Positions 13,027 to 25,045 of a stretch of 31,406 nt of DNA are shown one piece after another. Each line of letters begins with the position of its first letter. The stretch's first letter is position 1. The position numbers and the translations under genes are program-made. Below the pieces are notes generated by a model that ran no database searches, was not told the origin of the DNA, and worked only from the letters and a program-made list of their open reading frames with translations. The stretch covers positions 124,001-155,406 of the forward strand of contig RSEE01000135.1 of the NCBI GenBank assembly GCA_003971905.1, in the 5' to 3' direction. The stretch comes from Moniliella sp. 'wahieum'. Taxonomy: Eukaryota.

Positions 13027-14309
13027 TCACCAGAGCCTAGGCCGCCGATCGACCGGGGCACCGCACTCCTCCTCCTGGTCGCGTGCAACGCTGCGCAACG
13101 GCCGGTCGGGACGCAAGTGCGGACGAAGGGTGCGGAGGGGAGTAGGGCCGTGACTTGTGTCCCGGGCCTCCGGAAGCAGAGGATGTGGTACCGGCAACGC
13201 TACAGGAATGTACCGGCACCGACAACGGTAACGGCAATGGTAAGGATAAGGGTTTGGTGCGGTGTAGCGTACGTGGTTCGTCCATCGGCGCAGCGCGCGC
13301 GGGTAGCGCGTACGCAGGTGGGCACGGGAGGGTTCGGGTTCGGGGGAGGTCCGCGGACCAATCGGTGTGGGCGGCAGCTGAGCGGCACGGTCCAGCGCAG
13401 CAGCTGGAGGGGAGGGGAACGGCCCGGCCTCGAGCTTGGTCTCGGTCGTGTCATCGGCAGGCAAGTCCAGCTCGATCAAGGCTGTCTTCAGCAACGCACG
13501 GCACTCGTCCGCAGAGCCAAGCATGTGCATGCGGCTCAGCAGGGTGGAAAGTACCGTTCGCATCGCATTGGTCGTCGGCTCGTGCTTCGATGCGGGCATG
13601 TGCGCGCGCGCGTACAGGTCGTCCTCGTCGTCGTGCCAGGTCAATGTCTGGTCCTGGGAAGGACGCGAGGTGCGCGGCGAAAGAAGAGCGAGAGCGAGAC
13701 AGGGCTGGAGGTAGCTGTACCGGAGGTTGTAAAGGAGGTTGTGCCAGTAGCCGTGTCGGTGCCGGTGAAAGGCGGGGGCGAGGGGGACCCCATGTCGCTT
13801 GGGTTGGCCACCTGTTCCCATCGCGATGCCGACAGCCAGAGGTCGGTCGGGATGGGAGGTGATGGAGGTGGGACGGGAGCTGGAGCTGGAGCTGGAGCTC
13901 GCTTTGGTGCAGGTGCGGTGGGGTGTCGCGCACGGGAAGGAAGGAAAGATGGTGCTGGAATGGTGTGGGTCAGAGTGGGAAGCGTGCTCCGGAGAGGCGG
14001 AGTGGACGTGGAGGGGCAGTGGGGGGGAGAAGAGGACCTCCATCTCTGGGTTGGCCGTGCTGGAAGGGTCGGGGCGCAGGAGGCCGGCATGGGCGGGGTC
14101 CAAGTCGAGATGGAGATGGGGATGGGGACGGGGACGGGGATGTGTATCGGGATGGGGGTCGAGCGAAACGGCTTTTTCCCACGCCAAGCCCTCCTTCTGG
14201 ATGGATGGGTCGAGGCGGCTCCAGCGGCGGGTGGTGAAGGTGCTGCAGGTGGCGGCGCGCGGGCGGGAGCGGCGGGGAGGCGGCGGGGAGGGCGCCAGAC
14301 ATGGCGAGA

Positions 14310-14343
<34 letters not shown>

Positions 14344-14527
14344 GAGAGACGAGGGCGGGTCTCGAGGGTGCGGAGGCGGGTGGGCGTGAGGGAGACGCGG
14401 AGGTGTGGCCCGAGTGGACCAGCGCGTCGAAGCCGTGTGCGGCCGAGGCGTCGGGGCAGGAGCGCGCCGGCGACACCGGGCGGGGGGGCGCACTCCGCAG
14501 CCCACGCGCCAGCTCAAACGAAGGCAT
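13027..14527 (-). CDS. Hypothetical protein, low-complexity with a short helical core
   Basis: Long minus ORF 13027..14628 has protein-like blocks RRWSRLDPSIQKEGLAWEKAVSL and NAMRTVLSTLLSRMHMLGSADECRALLKTALIELDL. The likely ATG at 14527 (MPSFELARGL) follows a pyrimidine-rich leader and is in a different frame, so it needs an indel. Confidence 0.45.
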
Positions 14528-15826
14528 GGCCAACACAAGAAGAGAAGAAGAGAAGAACAGACGAGAAGAACAGCTGAGAAAATTCGCCAAATATATTCGC
14601 CTCGCCTCCCTTTGTGTGTTTTGAGCAAGTGGCGCGAGTGTCATGCACATCACACACACTCCCGCCCTGCCCCGATCGCACACTGCGTGAAACCCACACA
14701 CGCTGCTTACGTCACACGCCCACCTCACACCCGCCCAGTGGGCGCGCCTCAACCCTACCGCCCCCCGCCGCAAGAGTGGCGCCGTGGGAGGCGGCGTGAC
14801 ATGCGACAGCTCGCAGCTCCGCCCACAGCACCCAATCTGTGCTCCCACCACTCATTTACCCTGTGGCTGTGACATGTGGCTTCATACAAGTTCCCTTGTG
14901 ACATGTGATACTGATGGATAGATTGCGGGTGGGGCCGCTTACTCCCGCCGCCGCTCCTTCTCCCTCGGGCAACAGCTCGCCCTCCACCACGCGCAGATCC
15001 CATGCCCAACGACCAACGTGATGAGCCTCGCAAGACAGTAAGCTCATCATTGTGTTTTCCACTCATTGGAGAGTTGCTTCCGCCAAGGAAGCGGCGGCCC
15101 AGGACGCTGTCGTTGTGGCAACCGGATTGGGACGTTGTAGAAAAACGTGTCCGAAGCCTGCGGGTCTCAGGGAGGAGGTGAGGTTAGACTAAGGCGAGAC
15201 CAAGTTGCCTGTGCTGGGACAGGGTGGACCAGAGGGGCGGAAGGTGGAACATGCGGAAACGATCCCACCAGCAGTGGTTACTGGCTGGATCGAAAAGGAC
15301 GACAAATGCAATGGGGAGAGGAACGAGGAGGGATAATAACAGAGGAGGGATAATAACAGAGGAGGACTATAGGTTCTAGTGACGGATCACACACACATTC
15401 CCACAGGATGTGGGTATGATCCTTGTTCTAGATCTTCCTTGTCCCCTTTTGTGTCTCTTTCCCCTCATCACGCGTGATCTACCGTGTGATAGCTTCTCCT
15501 TCTCCTCTGGTATATAAGGCGCCATTCCATGCAGCCTGAATGAATACCTGTCGGCATCCGAAGCAATCCCCCTCTTACATCTAGGAAGCCAAGAGAGCAC
15601 GTAGATACAGACTCGGTCAGTTTTGCTGGCCGGACTTACCCCGTGGCACTCTCGTCTATCTCGGCACTTTTTCCCTACTACTAGACTTGTGGTTTACTCT
15701 CCCTCTCCCCACCTATCATCTCACGTAGCAGAGAGATAAATCAACCCGCGAGAGTTATATGTATTCTTGTTGTGGTTGGCTCGTTTTCCAACCGCTCATC
15801 GCGAATGTGTGTCGGGGACACGAAGC

Positions 15827-17043
15827 CTACTGTGGAGCATTGTGCGTTCCATAAGCCTTGGTCTGGTACGACCCGCCGGCCACAATCACATTGGCCGGAT
15901 TCTGCGGCTTGCCGTCAAAGAAGTTCTCCAAAACCTGCTTGGTGCCCGCCGCATAGCGTGCTTGCGCATCCAGCGACGTGCCCGACATGTGCGGTGTCAT
16001 GGCATTTCCCGCGCCCGTGGGCGTGTGCATCGTCCGCCACGGGTGATCCGCCGGGGCAGGCTGCTTGTTCCACACGTCGCCACCGTACCCGGCAATGTGC
16101 CCCGAGTTGACCGCCTCTGCCAGATCCTCCGCATTGACAATTGCGCCCCGCGCCGTGTTGACGATCCACGCCCCCTTTTTCATCCCACGACAACTTTTCC
16201 TTGTCAATCAAGTGGTACGTGCCCTCGTGCAACGGCGCATTGATCGTCAGCACGTCCAGTTGCGACAAGAATTCCTTCAAGTCTTCCACCCGTCGCGCTC
16301 CGACGGCCGCCTCGGCGTCCTTGGGCAACGGCTGATAGTCGTAGTACAGCAACTCTTTGCAGTCAAACGGCTTGAGACGCTGTAGTACACGGTACCCGAT
16401 CCGACCAGCTGCCAACGTGCCCACCACCTTGCCCTCGAGGTCGTACGAGTCCTGCGCCACCGCCGCCACGTCCCACCCGCCACGAGCAATCTGCTCGTGC
16501 GCTGGCACAAAGTTCCGCACCAGGTTGAGAATGGTCATCACCACATGTTCCGCCACGGACACCACATTCGACCCTGTGTGACAACGATATTGTCGATTCC
16601 AGTCCGCGGGTTAGCATAGCTCCCAGCAAGTATTGTCCCCCTTGCCGGTGGGACGTATAGCAAAAGAGAGAGAGAAAAAAAGAGGGTGGATGGAACGTAC
16701 CAGTGACCTCGACGACCGAGATCTTGCGTTCATTCGCAGCCGTCAAGTCAATGTGGTCCGACCCGACGCCAGCGGTGACTGCGATCTTGAGGTTCTTGGC
16801 CGAGTCGATCAACTCGCGGGTAAGATAGCCCGGGTGGAACGGGGTGGTGATGAGCACGTCGGCATCCTTGACTTGTTGCACAAACACCGAGTCGGCACCT
16901 TCCTTGGAATCGGTCACGACCAACGTATGTCCGCGCGCTTCGAGCCACTCTCGCAGTCCCAACTCGTTCTCCAGCGCGCCGAGCATCTTGGGCTGCGCCT
17001 TGGCCGCCTCGCCGCCGCTGTAGAGCACCGCAAGTACTTTCAT
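15827..17043 (-). CDS. fdh1: NAD-dependent formate dehydrogenase, one intron 16574-16700
   Basis: [57 protein letters not shown] (spliced), GTLAAGRIG nucleotide-binding motif, [40 protein letters not shown]. One frameshift near 16190. Confidence 0.96.
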
Positions 17044-17139
17044 CGTGTCGTCGGGAGTGGGTGCGGAAGAAGAGGGAATGGGAGGTGAAGCACCAAGGCT
17101 GAACCAACAACTCCCGCAGAACAGGGGGCGGAGCAGGGG

Positions 17140-17148
17140 CTTATATAT
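17140..17148 (-). promoter_or_regulatory. TATA-like box of fdh1
   Basis: The minus strand reads ATATATAAG about 100 bp upstream of the fdh1 ATG, in a GC-rich context. Confidence 0.55.
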
Positions 17149-18360
17149 CACCCCCGCAGATGACCGAGCTGGGCGCCATGCCTGCGCCCAACCCAACCTA
17201 ATACTCTGTGGCGCAGCGGCCATCGGCCCCAACCGGCAACCCCACCGCAACGGCAAGCGTGGGGTAAACAAGGCGTAGCCGCATCAGCCGACAGTAAGAA
17301 GCCGACTACTACTATTACTAGTATACTACTAGCAAAACAAGATCAAACGGCGCAGCGTTTTCCCACCCCTGCTTGGATCGGACGCATCAGATTGGCTGAC
17401 CAACCCCACCGCCTCCTCATCCGCCCCCAATCCTGCGTCCTCCCGGCCCAACATCCACGCCCCTCGATCCAATGACTATACTCTCCCTCTCCGCTCCCCC
17501 TGTTTGCCATCACGTTCCCCGCCGCTCCCGCCGGCAGGCTGGTGTGCCTGGCCAAAGGCCAAAGCCCTGGCCAGTCGCCGTAGGTCGCCGCTTGGCAAAA
17601 GCTTTCTTGCAGGGGCACTAGCAGCTTCAGAGCTTCAGCTCAGCGCTCAGCGCGCTCAGCTAGGCAAGACATCCGCGTCACCCGTGGCTAGTCCCGAGAC
17701 CCCGGGGTAGATCGCGTGGGTGTGGGACGATCGATGATCGATCATTAATGAGGTTAATGAGGAGAGTATGGATTGACCCTCGTCTGTTGGCGACTACCGA
17801 TTCCCTCACAGAACGTGTCTACCACACAATTGGCCCAACCAAGACGGCCAATCGGCCAATCATTAATGTTAATGACCGGTGACCGTCGTGTGCCTGGTAT
17901 GTCGTTGTGCTGACGCGCTGACGTTTTTGGGTGGCGGACGCAGGCGGGCACAGAGCACTGTCACGCGGCAGGAGGAACAGAGTGTACCATACCACACAAG
18001 TGTACCGTGTAACAGGTGTTGGTACACACACACCGTGTATATAGAACCTGCCCGGTAACCATCTCCCGTCCGCGACACCATTACCACCGCGCAACGGCCG
18101 CACAACCACCGCTCCCCACCGCTCCCACCGCACCACGACAGGTGACCACTACTGGCACACGGTGCAACAGCTGAGTAGCTGCCCCCCCTCCCTCCAGTCC
18201 ATTACAGGCCCCGTATTTGATTAAGTAGATCCACCTGGCTGATGCTGATATATGGATGTCCTCAGGCCTCATGGCCGAACCGCCGGGATACAGGGCTGCT
18301 AGGACCGGAACGACGAATTTTTGATCCATTGGTCAAAACAATGGATGGACGGCGCCTCAG

Positions 18361-18560
18361 TCGCACTGAGAGAGAGCCATGGGCTCTCACGCTTCGTTCG
18401 TCACTGTAGTGCCGAGCAGGTCTGCTCTCGGATGCTTCGCACTGACAGAGCCAAATGTATACTGCCGAGCAGTTAGTCCCTGGAGTGCCGAGCACAGGCC
18501 TGCTCTCTGGTGCTTCGCACTGAGAGAGACACCGGCGCCACTCTAGAGACACTGGCGCCC
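18361..18560. repeat. Degenerate ~77-bp tandem repeat (about 2.5 units)
   Basis: TCGCACTGA(G/C)AGAG recurs at 18361, 18437 and 18515. AGTGCCGAGCA..CTGCTCTC..TGCTTCGCACTGA occurs twice. Confidence 0.7.
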
Positions 18561-19110
18561 ACGCTTAGTTAGGGAATGTGTTGCGGAGCTGGCTCACCCT
18601 CTGGTGCCTCCCTCAGAGAGCATTTTCTCCATGTCTGTCAAAACACTTTCGGCAGTCGTACTTTTGATCCGTCGCAAGAGCTCCCACGGATGCCCTGCTG
18701 AGGCGCTCAAACAACCATGACCGTCGTTGTTGTTTTCTTCCTGATGCGGTGTCAAAGTTGGTTACAGCACCGTCGCGACATCTCACCAATTCGGGCGTAG
18801 AGAGCCTGTAAACCTGTGCAAGATTCGCTGTTCCACTGTTGGAGAAGAGCTGTCAAACGCGATATGATTGCCAACTCATGACAGGTGCTCAGGTGCTCGG
18901 TGGTGCATGTTCCCAACAAAACTAGAGTGGATGGAGAGATAGGCTGAATGATGACGTGCATTAGTACGTTCCTATACATGCTTGATGAGGAGGATGGAGA
19001 GCACAGGCTTGGGGATGGAGAGCTCAGGCTTGGGGATGACGAGCGCAAGAGGTTGATGGTGATGGACACAGCACATCGCAACTACAGGCTTGGACATGAC
19101 GGGCGCATGC

Positions 19111-19134
19111 TAGGGTTAGGGTTAGGGTAGGGTT
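19111..19134 (+). repeat. Short interstitial telomere-like (TTAGGG)n tract
   Basis: TAGGGTTAGGGTTAGGGTAGGGTT. Confidence 0.6.
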
Positions 19135-20292
19135 GGAGACGCCAGACACCAGGTTCAACCAACAGTTGCCATCGTGAGGTGGCCACTGTGGCCCACGGTT
19201 CAACGGCTATGTTGCTGCCCCCCTCTCCTGTCACGGGGCCGGCCCCGCCAGGGGGCCGCCCGTGGTTCATCGGTACGGTCCATTAGGCGACGGTAGGTCG
19301 ACAGGTAGTTCGGGCTTGGGATGGTGGTGGATCCGAGGAGAGAGGGACGAGGAGAGGCTTTGGTATTGCGGCTGCTCGAGCGGAAAGGCTGCGCGTGCAC
19401 CGGCTTGGGCCGTAGTAGTAGTAACGGTCGAAGGAGGCAGCGGCGGCCAACCACTGCCTTAACTGGGAATCTATGGAGACTGGAAATTGACGCGGACACA
19501 GGAGGGCTCGTGCGACTGGACTGACGGATTGCTGCAGGAGAGGTCGGAGGAGGAAGTCGGGTGCTAACACGAAGGAGGCTGCCTGTACTGGATCAATTGG
19601 CTGGAAAACGGGCAGGGGTCGGACAGGATAGGCGGGCGGGAAAGGACGAAAATGGAGACGAGAAATGACGAGAGAGGACGATAATGGAAGGCGGGGAAAA
19701 GGATCCCCATCAACCAGGGGTACAGGCAAGATCAAAAGGGAAACGGATACAAGAGGGGGAGTAGAAAAGAAGACACGTCAAAGGCGGTTGGTCGCCGCAG
19801 GCGCGACTCATAGAAATGAAAAGGATTTGAAGCGGGGACGGGGCGCCCGAGAAAGGAAACGGAAACGGGGAAACGGAGAGCGCGGAAAGCCGTCGCAAGG
19901 ACACTGGAAGTTCGATGGCCTGTGGGATTTAGGTCAGCCGACTTGGATTGGGTGGGGGGGGGCGACTATTGTCGCGCGGATGCATGGCTTTCGGGCCACG
20001 GTCCTTAATTGAGCCAACCATCATCACACTCGGTTGGCCTGCGGAGCACGTTCTACTGGGCATGTGCGGTGCAGGCGGGCCTTAATAGCTTGAAACCGGA
20101 CCCTCTCAGGTCCGCCGCGCCCAGTAACAATAATGAGAGGATCTCGATATATGATGTCCCAGATCGATTGGGGGGGACGCCGGCTATCAGTATTGGGATT
20201 GGTGCCCGCGCACAACCGCCAGTGTGGCCAACAGAACCGTATGACATCTCCCCGATGAGAATCCCGGGCTCGAGCATTCCCTTGTGTGGGCC

Positions 20293-20304
20293 AAAAAAAA
20301 AAAA
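20293..20304 (-). terminator. RNA polymerase III oligo-T terminator of tRNA-Asp
   Basis: T12 on the minus strand immediately 3' of the tRNA discriminator base. Confidence 0.85.
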
Positions 20305-20388
20305 CTCTCCGACCGGGAATCGAACCCGGGTCTCGTCCGCCGCCTGTACGCTTGACAGGACGTGTCATAGCCACTAAACTATCGGAGA
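20305..20388 (-). tRNA. tRNA-Asp(GTC) with ~13-nt intron at the canonical 37/38 position
   Basis: Minus strand: TCTCCGA TA GTTTAGTGGCTATGAC A CGTC CT GTC A [AGCGTACAGGCGG] C GGACG AGAC CCGGG TTCGATT CCCGG TCGGAGA G. Acceptor and T stems pair and A/B boxes are present. The anticodon stem appears one C short, probably a homopolymer error. Confidence 0.92.
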
Positions 20389-21472
20389 AGCTGCTTCTTG
20401 ATAACTTGCTGTACTTAAGTAATTCCCAGCGAGTTTCTTACTTCCGCTGTCGTCGCCATTCGCCATGGAATGGATCCAGGGGAGACGCTTGGGCAAGGTC
20501 TCTATCCTTGATAGGTTAGATCATGAAGTCTGTGATATATAACCATCGACCATCGATCATCGATCATCCTGACACATGGGACGATCAAAAGCCGCAGGAG
20601 TGCATGTGGCGGAATGGTGACGAAGAGGGTGGTGGCGGTGGCACGGTGACTGGTGACATGGTGACATGGCGACACAACGACTCACTCAGAGGGAGACATC
20701 AGAAAGGGGTGGACTGGGAAAAAGTGGGGTGGGATGGAGTGGAAAGCCGTTAATGCCCATAATGCAAGCTGCCCCACCTTCTCTCTGTCCTGCGGGGTTG
20801 GTGGTGGTGTGTGTGTGTTGAACTCAACACTGAGTACGTTGATTGTTGTTGATCTCAACGTGGACACGTGTCCGGACCACATCCCAGCATCCGCCTTCTG
20901 CGCTACGTGACGACGAGCCTGGTGCGGCGCCGCATGGCATGTGCGGCGCCGGCGGGGCTATGATACGTACACGTCCCACAAGCCGCTCGCCCCCGCCCCT
21001 AGTTCCCACCATTCCATTCGTTCCCGTCGGTCTGTCCATCGTCTGCGATGGCGCTGTTGCCGGTGTGTAATGCGTGATGTCGATACAATAAGACGGATGC
21101 ACTTTCTGAGAGAAGAATAATGGTGGGGAGCGAATGGGGCGTGAGATGGAGATGGAGGAGAAGGTGGATGTGGGCATAGATCCTTAGCAAGATTGGGTGG
21201 AGAGGCGGCTAGATCGGCTATCGCGCGCCAAGAACGGACAATAGTCAATTGCGATATGCCCACACCTGCTCGATATGGGAATTGTATGTTTACCCGGCAG
21301 TCTTATCTCCGAGTGGATTGATTACTGATTGCTGGCTCTGGTCCGAGGACCCAATCAATCCAGCAGGCTGCCGATTGCTGATTAATGTGCTGTCGCTATC
21401 ATATATCAGGCCTCCTCGCCTTTTGAACCCCCAGTTCTTCGCTGCCGCCGCCGCCTCTCGCCCGCCCAGCAG

Positions 21473-23658
21473 ATGTCCAAGCCGCACCCGCTCGAGCCCG
21501 CGTCGCTCGCCGAGCTCAACCGCACCGCCGACATCCTCCGCGCCGCGCACGCCAACGAGCCCTGCGCTTCAAGCAGGCCAGCATCTACGAGCCGCCCAAG
21601 GAAGTGCTCTGCCTGGCTGCGGGCCGCACGGGCGGGAGAAACGCCTCCGGCGCACGATGGGTCTGCGCCGCCCGTGCCACTGGCTGTGGAGCAGGTCCCT
21701 GCCCGTCTCCCGCCACGCGAGGTGGAGGTGGTGTACCTGGTGCAGAACACGCCCAAGGTGTACCATGCCATTGTCGACCTGGACGCAGGGCGCGCGGTCC
21801 GCATCACACCGCAACCGCCGGGCCACCACACGCCCGTCGAGTTGAACGAGTACCTGGCTGCGTGTGATGCCGCCCTGACCTTCCCCGAGCTCAAGAAGGA
21901 GTGCGAACGGCTCCAGGTGGCAGTGGAAGATGTGGTGCCCGAACCGTGGATCTATGGCCGGGACAGCGACACGGAAGATCGTCGCCTGTGCCAGATTTTC
22001 CTCTACATGCGCAACCCGCGCCACAAGGATAACCCCGACTCGAACTGGTACGCTTTCCCGCTCGACTTTACCGTTGTGGTGGACATGACCACCATGACGC
22101 TCGCCAAGCTCGACCATTTCCCCCTGACGAACGACAGGGCAGCAACGGGTCTGCAGGTCGTCCAGGCTGCTCGGCCATCCACGTCGCCTGTCGAGCCTGA
22201 GTTTTTCCCTGAACTGCAAAAGGGTCCGGCGCGCGGGACGCTCAAGCCGTTGCAGGTGGTCCAGCCGGACGGCGCCAGTTTCCACATTTACGGCCGCACG
22301 GTGTGGTGGGAAAATGGCGGTTCGTCCTGGGCTGGAACAGCCGGGAAGGCATGGTGTTGTATGACCTGACGTTTGATGGGCGGGAAATCATGTACCGGCT
22401 GTCGCTGCCAGAGATGTACGTGCCGTACTTTGACAGTCGTCCACCGGCCCATCGCAAGGGCGCGTTTGACTTTGGCGATGTCGGCGCCGGGGTGGCAGCG
22501 AACGATTTGGGTTTGGGATGTGACTGCCTCGGGTTGATCAAGTACTTTGCCGGTGCGGTCTTGGATGGCGATAAGGCCGAACCTCGTCCCAACGCAGTCT
22601 GCATGCACGAGATTGACGATGGCATCCAGATGAAACACACCAACTACCGTACCGGCCGCGCGGTCGTCTTCCGCAAACGCATGCTGCAGATCCAGCAGAT
22701 CATCACTGCCGGTACGTGTTCCTCCTTCTAGCACCTTTTGTGTTTATGTTGGTGATGGTGGGCTTGTGTTCTCCTATTGGTGCTAACCCCTGTGCGAGGC
22801 TAGCCAACTACGAGTACATTATCCAGTTCTTCCTGGACCAAGTGGAGAAGTGCAGTACGAAGTGCGCGCGACCGGGATCCTGAGCACGACGCCCATCGAC
22901 CCCTCGATCAACACACCTTCTGCCGTGGGCACGATCGTAGTGATGGCGTACTGGCGCCGGCCCATTCGCACCTGTTTGTGTTGCGTGTGGACCCGCTGAT
23001 CGATGGCGGGGAGACGACGGTGCAAGTGTCGGATGTGCATCCGTTGCCGTTCGGTACCGACGAGGAGAAGAAACGCAACCCGAACGGGATTGGCATCGAA
23101 GTGCGCAACCAAGATGTGACGAGCTCGACCGCGCTCCAGCACAGCATCGAAACCGCACGCAGCATCAAGATGATCAACAAGGCGCACATCAACCCCGTGT
23201 CCAAAACGGCGGTCGGGTACAAACTTGTGCCGATCCCGACGCAGCTCTTGCCCGTCCAGCCGACCAGCTGGCACGCGCGCCGCTGCGAGTTCCCCGACCC
23301 GTTCTACGTGACCCAGTACCACGACCACGAACTGTACCCCGGCGGGCAGTGGACCAACTCGTCCCGTGGCGGTGCGGGGCTGCGCACCTGGGCCGCACGC
23401 AACGAACCCATTTCCCACCGGTCCTCTGGCACGTCTTTGCCCTCACCCACATCCCGCGTGGAAGATTTCCCCCTCATGCCGGCCGAGAGCCTGCGCGGCA
23501 TCATTCGTCCCTCCTGCTTCTTCACCCACTCGCCCGTGCTCGACGTGCCCGTCAGCGCGCAGAAGGACAACCAGTCCCATCTGTTTGAAGAGACGCAATC
23601 GGAGGTCCAGGCTAAAAAAGCTTGCTGTGCGCCCGCCCCAGCCAAGGCCAAGTACTGA
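21473..23658 (+). CDS. Copper-containing primary amine oxidase (TPQ), one intron 22712-22803
   Basis: MSKPHPLEP, N(W)YAFPLDF, LKPLQVVQPDGASF, YRLSLPEMYVPY, AFDFGDVG (catalytic Asp), LGCDCLG. Spliced ITA-A-NYEY gives the TPQ consensus N-Y-E. Cu ligands HSH and HIPRVEDFPLMP. Stop at 23658; several indels. Confidence 0.95.
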
Positions 23659-23872
23659 GTCTCTCCTCTGCCCGTCTCCCCTCGCTTGCATCGCTTTGCT
23701 CTCCTGGCCTTGATAAGTCACGGGGGCGCAGCCAATGCCATGGTCTCTCTTGTTTGGGTCGAGGCGATGGGAGCGCCGAGGCATAAACTCTCGACGGGCG
23801 GGGGCCTATGGAAACATGCACTCGCACCTGCCATACAAAACAGACACCTTGAGGTAGATGCAACACGACCGA

Positions 23873-24752
23873 CTAATAGCTTTGTAAGAGACACATGCCA
23901 CAGTGGTACCCGTTTACTCGACATTCAATCATATACACTCCCTCCTTCGAACACTTGCCACACTTGCACTCCACCGACCGATCCAGAGACGCCATGTTGT
24001 CCCAAGCCCTTCTAGAGCTGCCGTGGCGGACTCGCATGCTGTCATGCTGGCATGGCAGCACTCACCTGCGCGCCGCCAGCAAGTCCATCTGAGCCTGGTG
24101 AGCCTGGATGCGAGCGCGCTGGGCCAGACGTGCCTGGGTGCGCTGTGTCAGCTGGGCGTAAGCAACAGCATTTTGTTCGTTGATGCGTTGCACGGCGGCG
24201 TGGCAGAGCGATGTGCGCGGACTGCAGGGCGGCACCTGACCGGCCGTACCCACCCTACCCACACTACCCCTACGAGTACTTGGCACGAGCAGGGTGGGGG
24301 GGGAGGAGGATGAGGATGGGCAAGAGAGGGACGAGCGTGGGGGGACGTGCCCCCAGCAGGACGAATGGGAGTTGGGGCGAGGCAGGGGAAAGGAAGAGGG
24401 AGGGTGTGAAGGGCTGCAGGGCCGAGGAAGAGGAGTGCGAGTCGTGCTCGTCGTCGTCGTGCGTGTCGAGGAAGGAGTGGGTGGGCGTGGGCGGGGGCGG
24501 CGGCAGGGGGAGCGCGAGGGCGTGGAGGAGGTGTGGGAGGTGTGGGTGCGGGGCGGCACACAGAAGGTGGAGGCAGGCGAGGCGGGTGGCGTCGAGCAGC
24601 GTCCGCACGTCGGCCTCCTGCGGCGCCAGCAGCCGCCCAACCACGCTCAGCGGGTCGGGCAGCGCGCCTGTGTGCGGTGGAGGGCTGAGCACAGCAAGCG
24701 GCTTGCGCTGCGCCAGGCGGGGGGGCAGCCGGTGGGGGGCAGACGCAGCCAT
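23873..24752 (-). CDS. Hypothetical protein; possible intron 24012-24065
   Basis: ATG 24752 (MAASAPHRL..LSVVGRLLAPQEADVRTLLDATRLACLHLL); helical C-terminal part AAVQRINEQNAVAYAQLTQRTQARL. GTGAGT donor at 24065 and TAG acceptor at 24012 continue in frame to RAWDNMASLDR. The 3' end is uncertain. Confidence 0.5.
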
Positions 24753-25045
24753 GGGGGGCTCCTAGGAGTATCCTCTGGCGTATCCTCTGGCGAGCGTGGT
24801 ATATATACACCCGTGGTATATAGTGTTGTGTTGGAATATATCGCGTGTAGACTTTATCACGCGCCACAGCGCCAGTGTGCGCCACTCGCCCCGCCGCCCC
24901 GCATGGCGCACTGCATGTCTTCCTAAGCGACCCCATCTCCCTCCCGCCGGTATCCGCACCTATCTCCCCTCCATCCTTATCCACGGCGTAATACCACAAC
25001 AACTCCATATTCACAATCTGTACACTAGACGGCTCTTCCACACCC

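Noticed and set aside
12982..14577. Long + strand ORF (531 aa) and similar antisense ORFs (3466..4584, 25055..26287, 1400..2251)
   Set aside because: These are shadow ORFs of GC-rich coding DNA on the opposite strand, with low-complexity translations and no recognisable motifs.
15328..15366. 17-bp direct duplication GAGGGATAATAACAGAG; also (GATGCAT)n at ~12370 and a 12-bp duplication at ~24768
   Set aside because: Ordinary local slippage duplications with no evidence of an associated element.
19200..19900. Possible gene in the fdh1-amine oxidase spacer (ORFs 19283..19735, 19200..19499)
   Set aside because: No recognisable domain or coherent exon structure.
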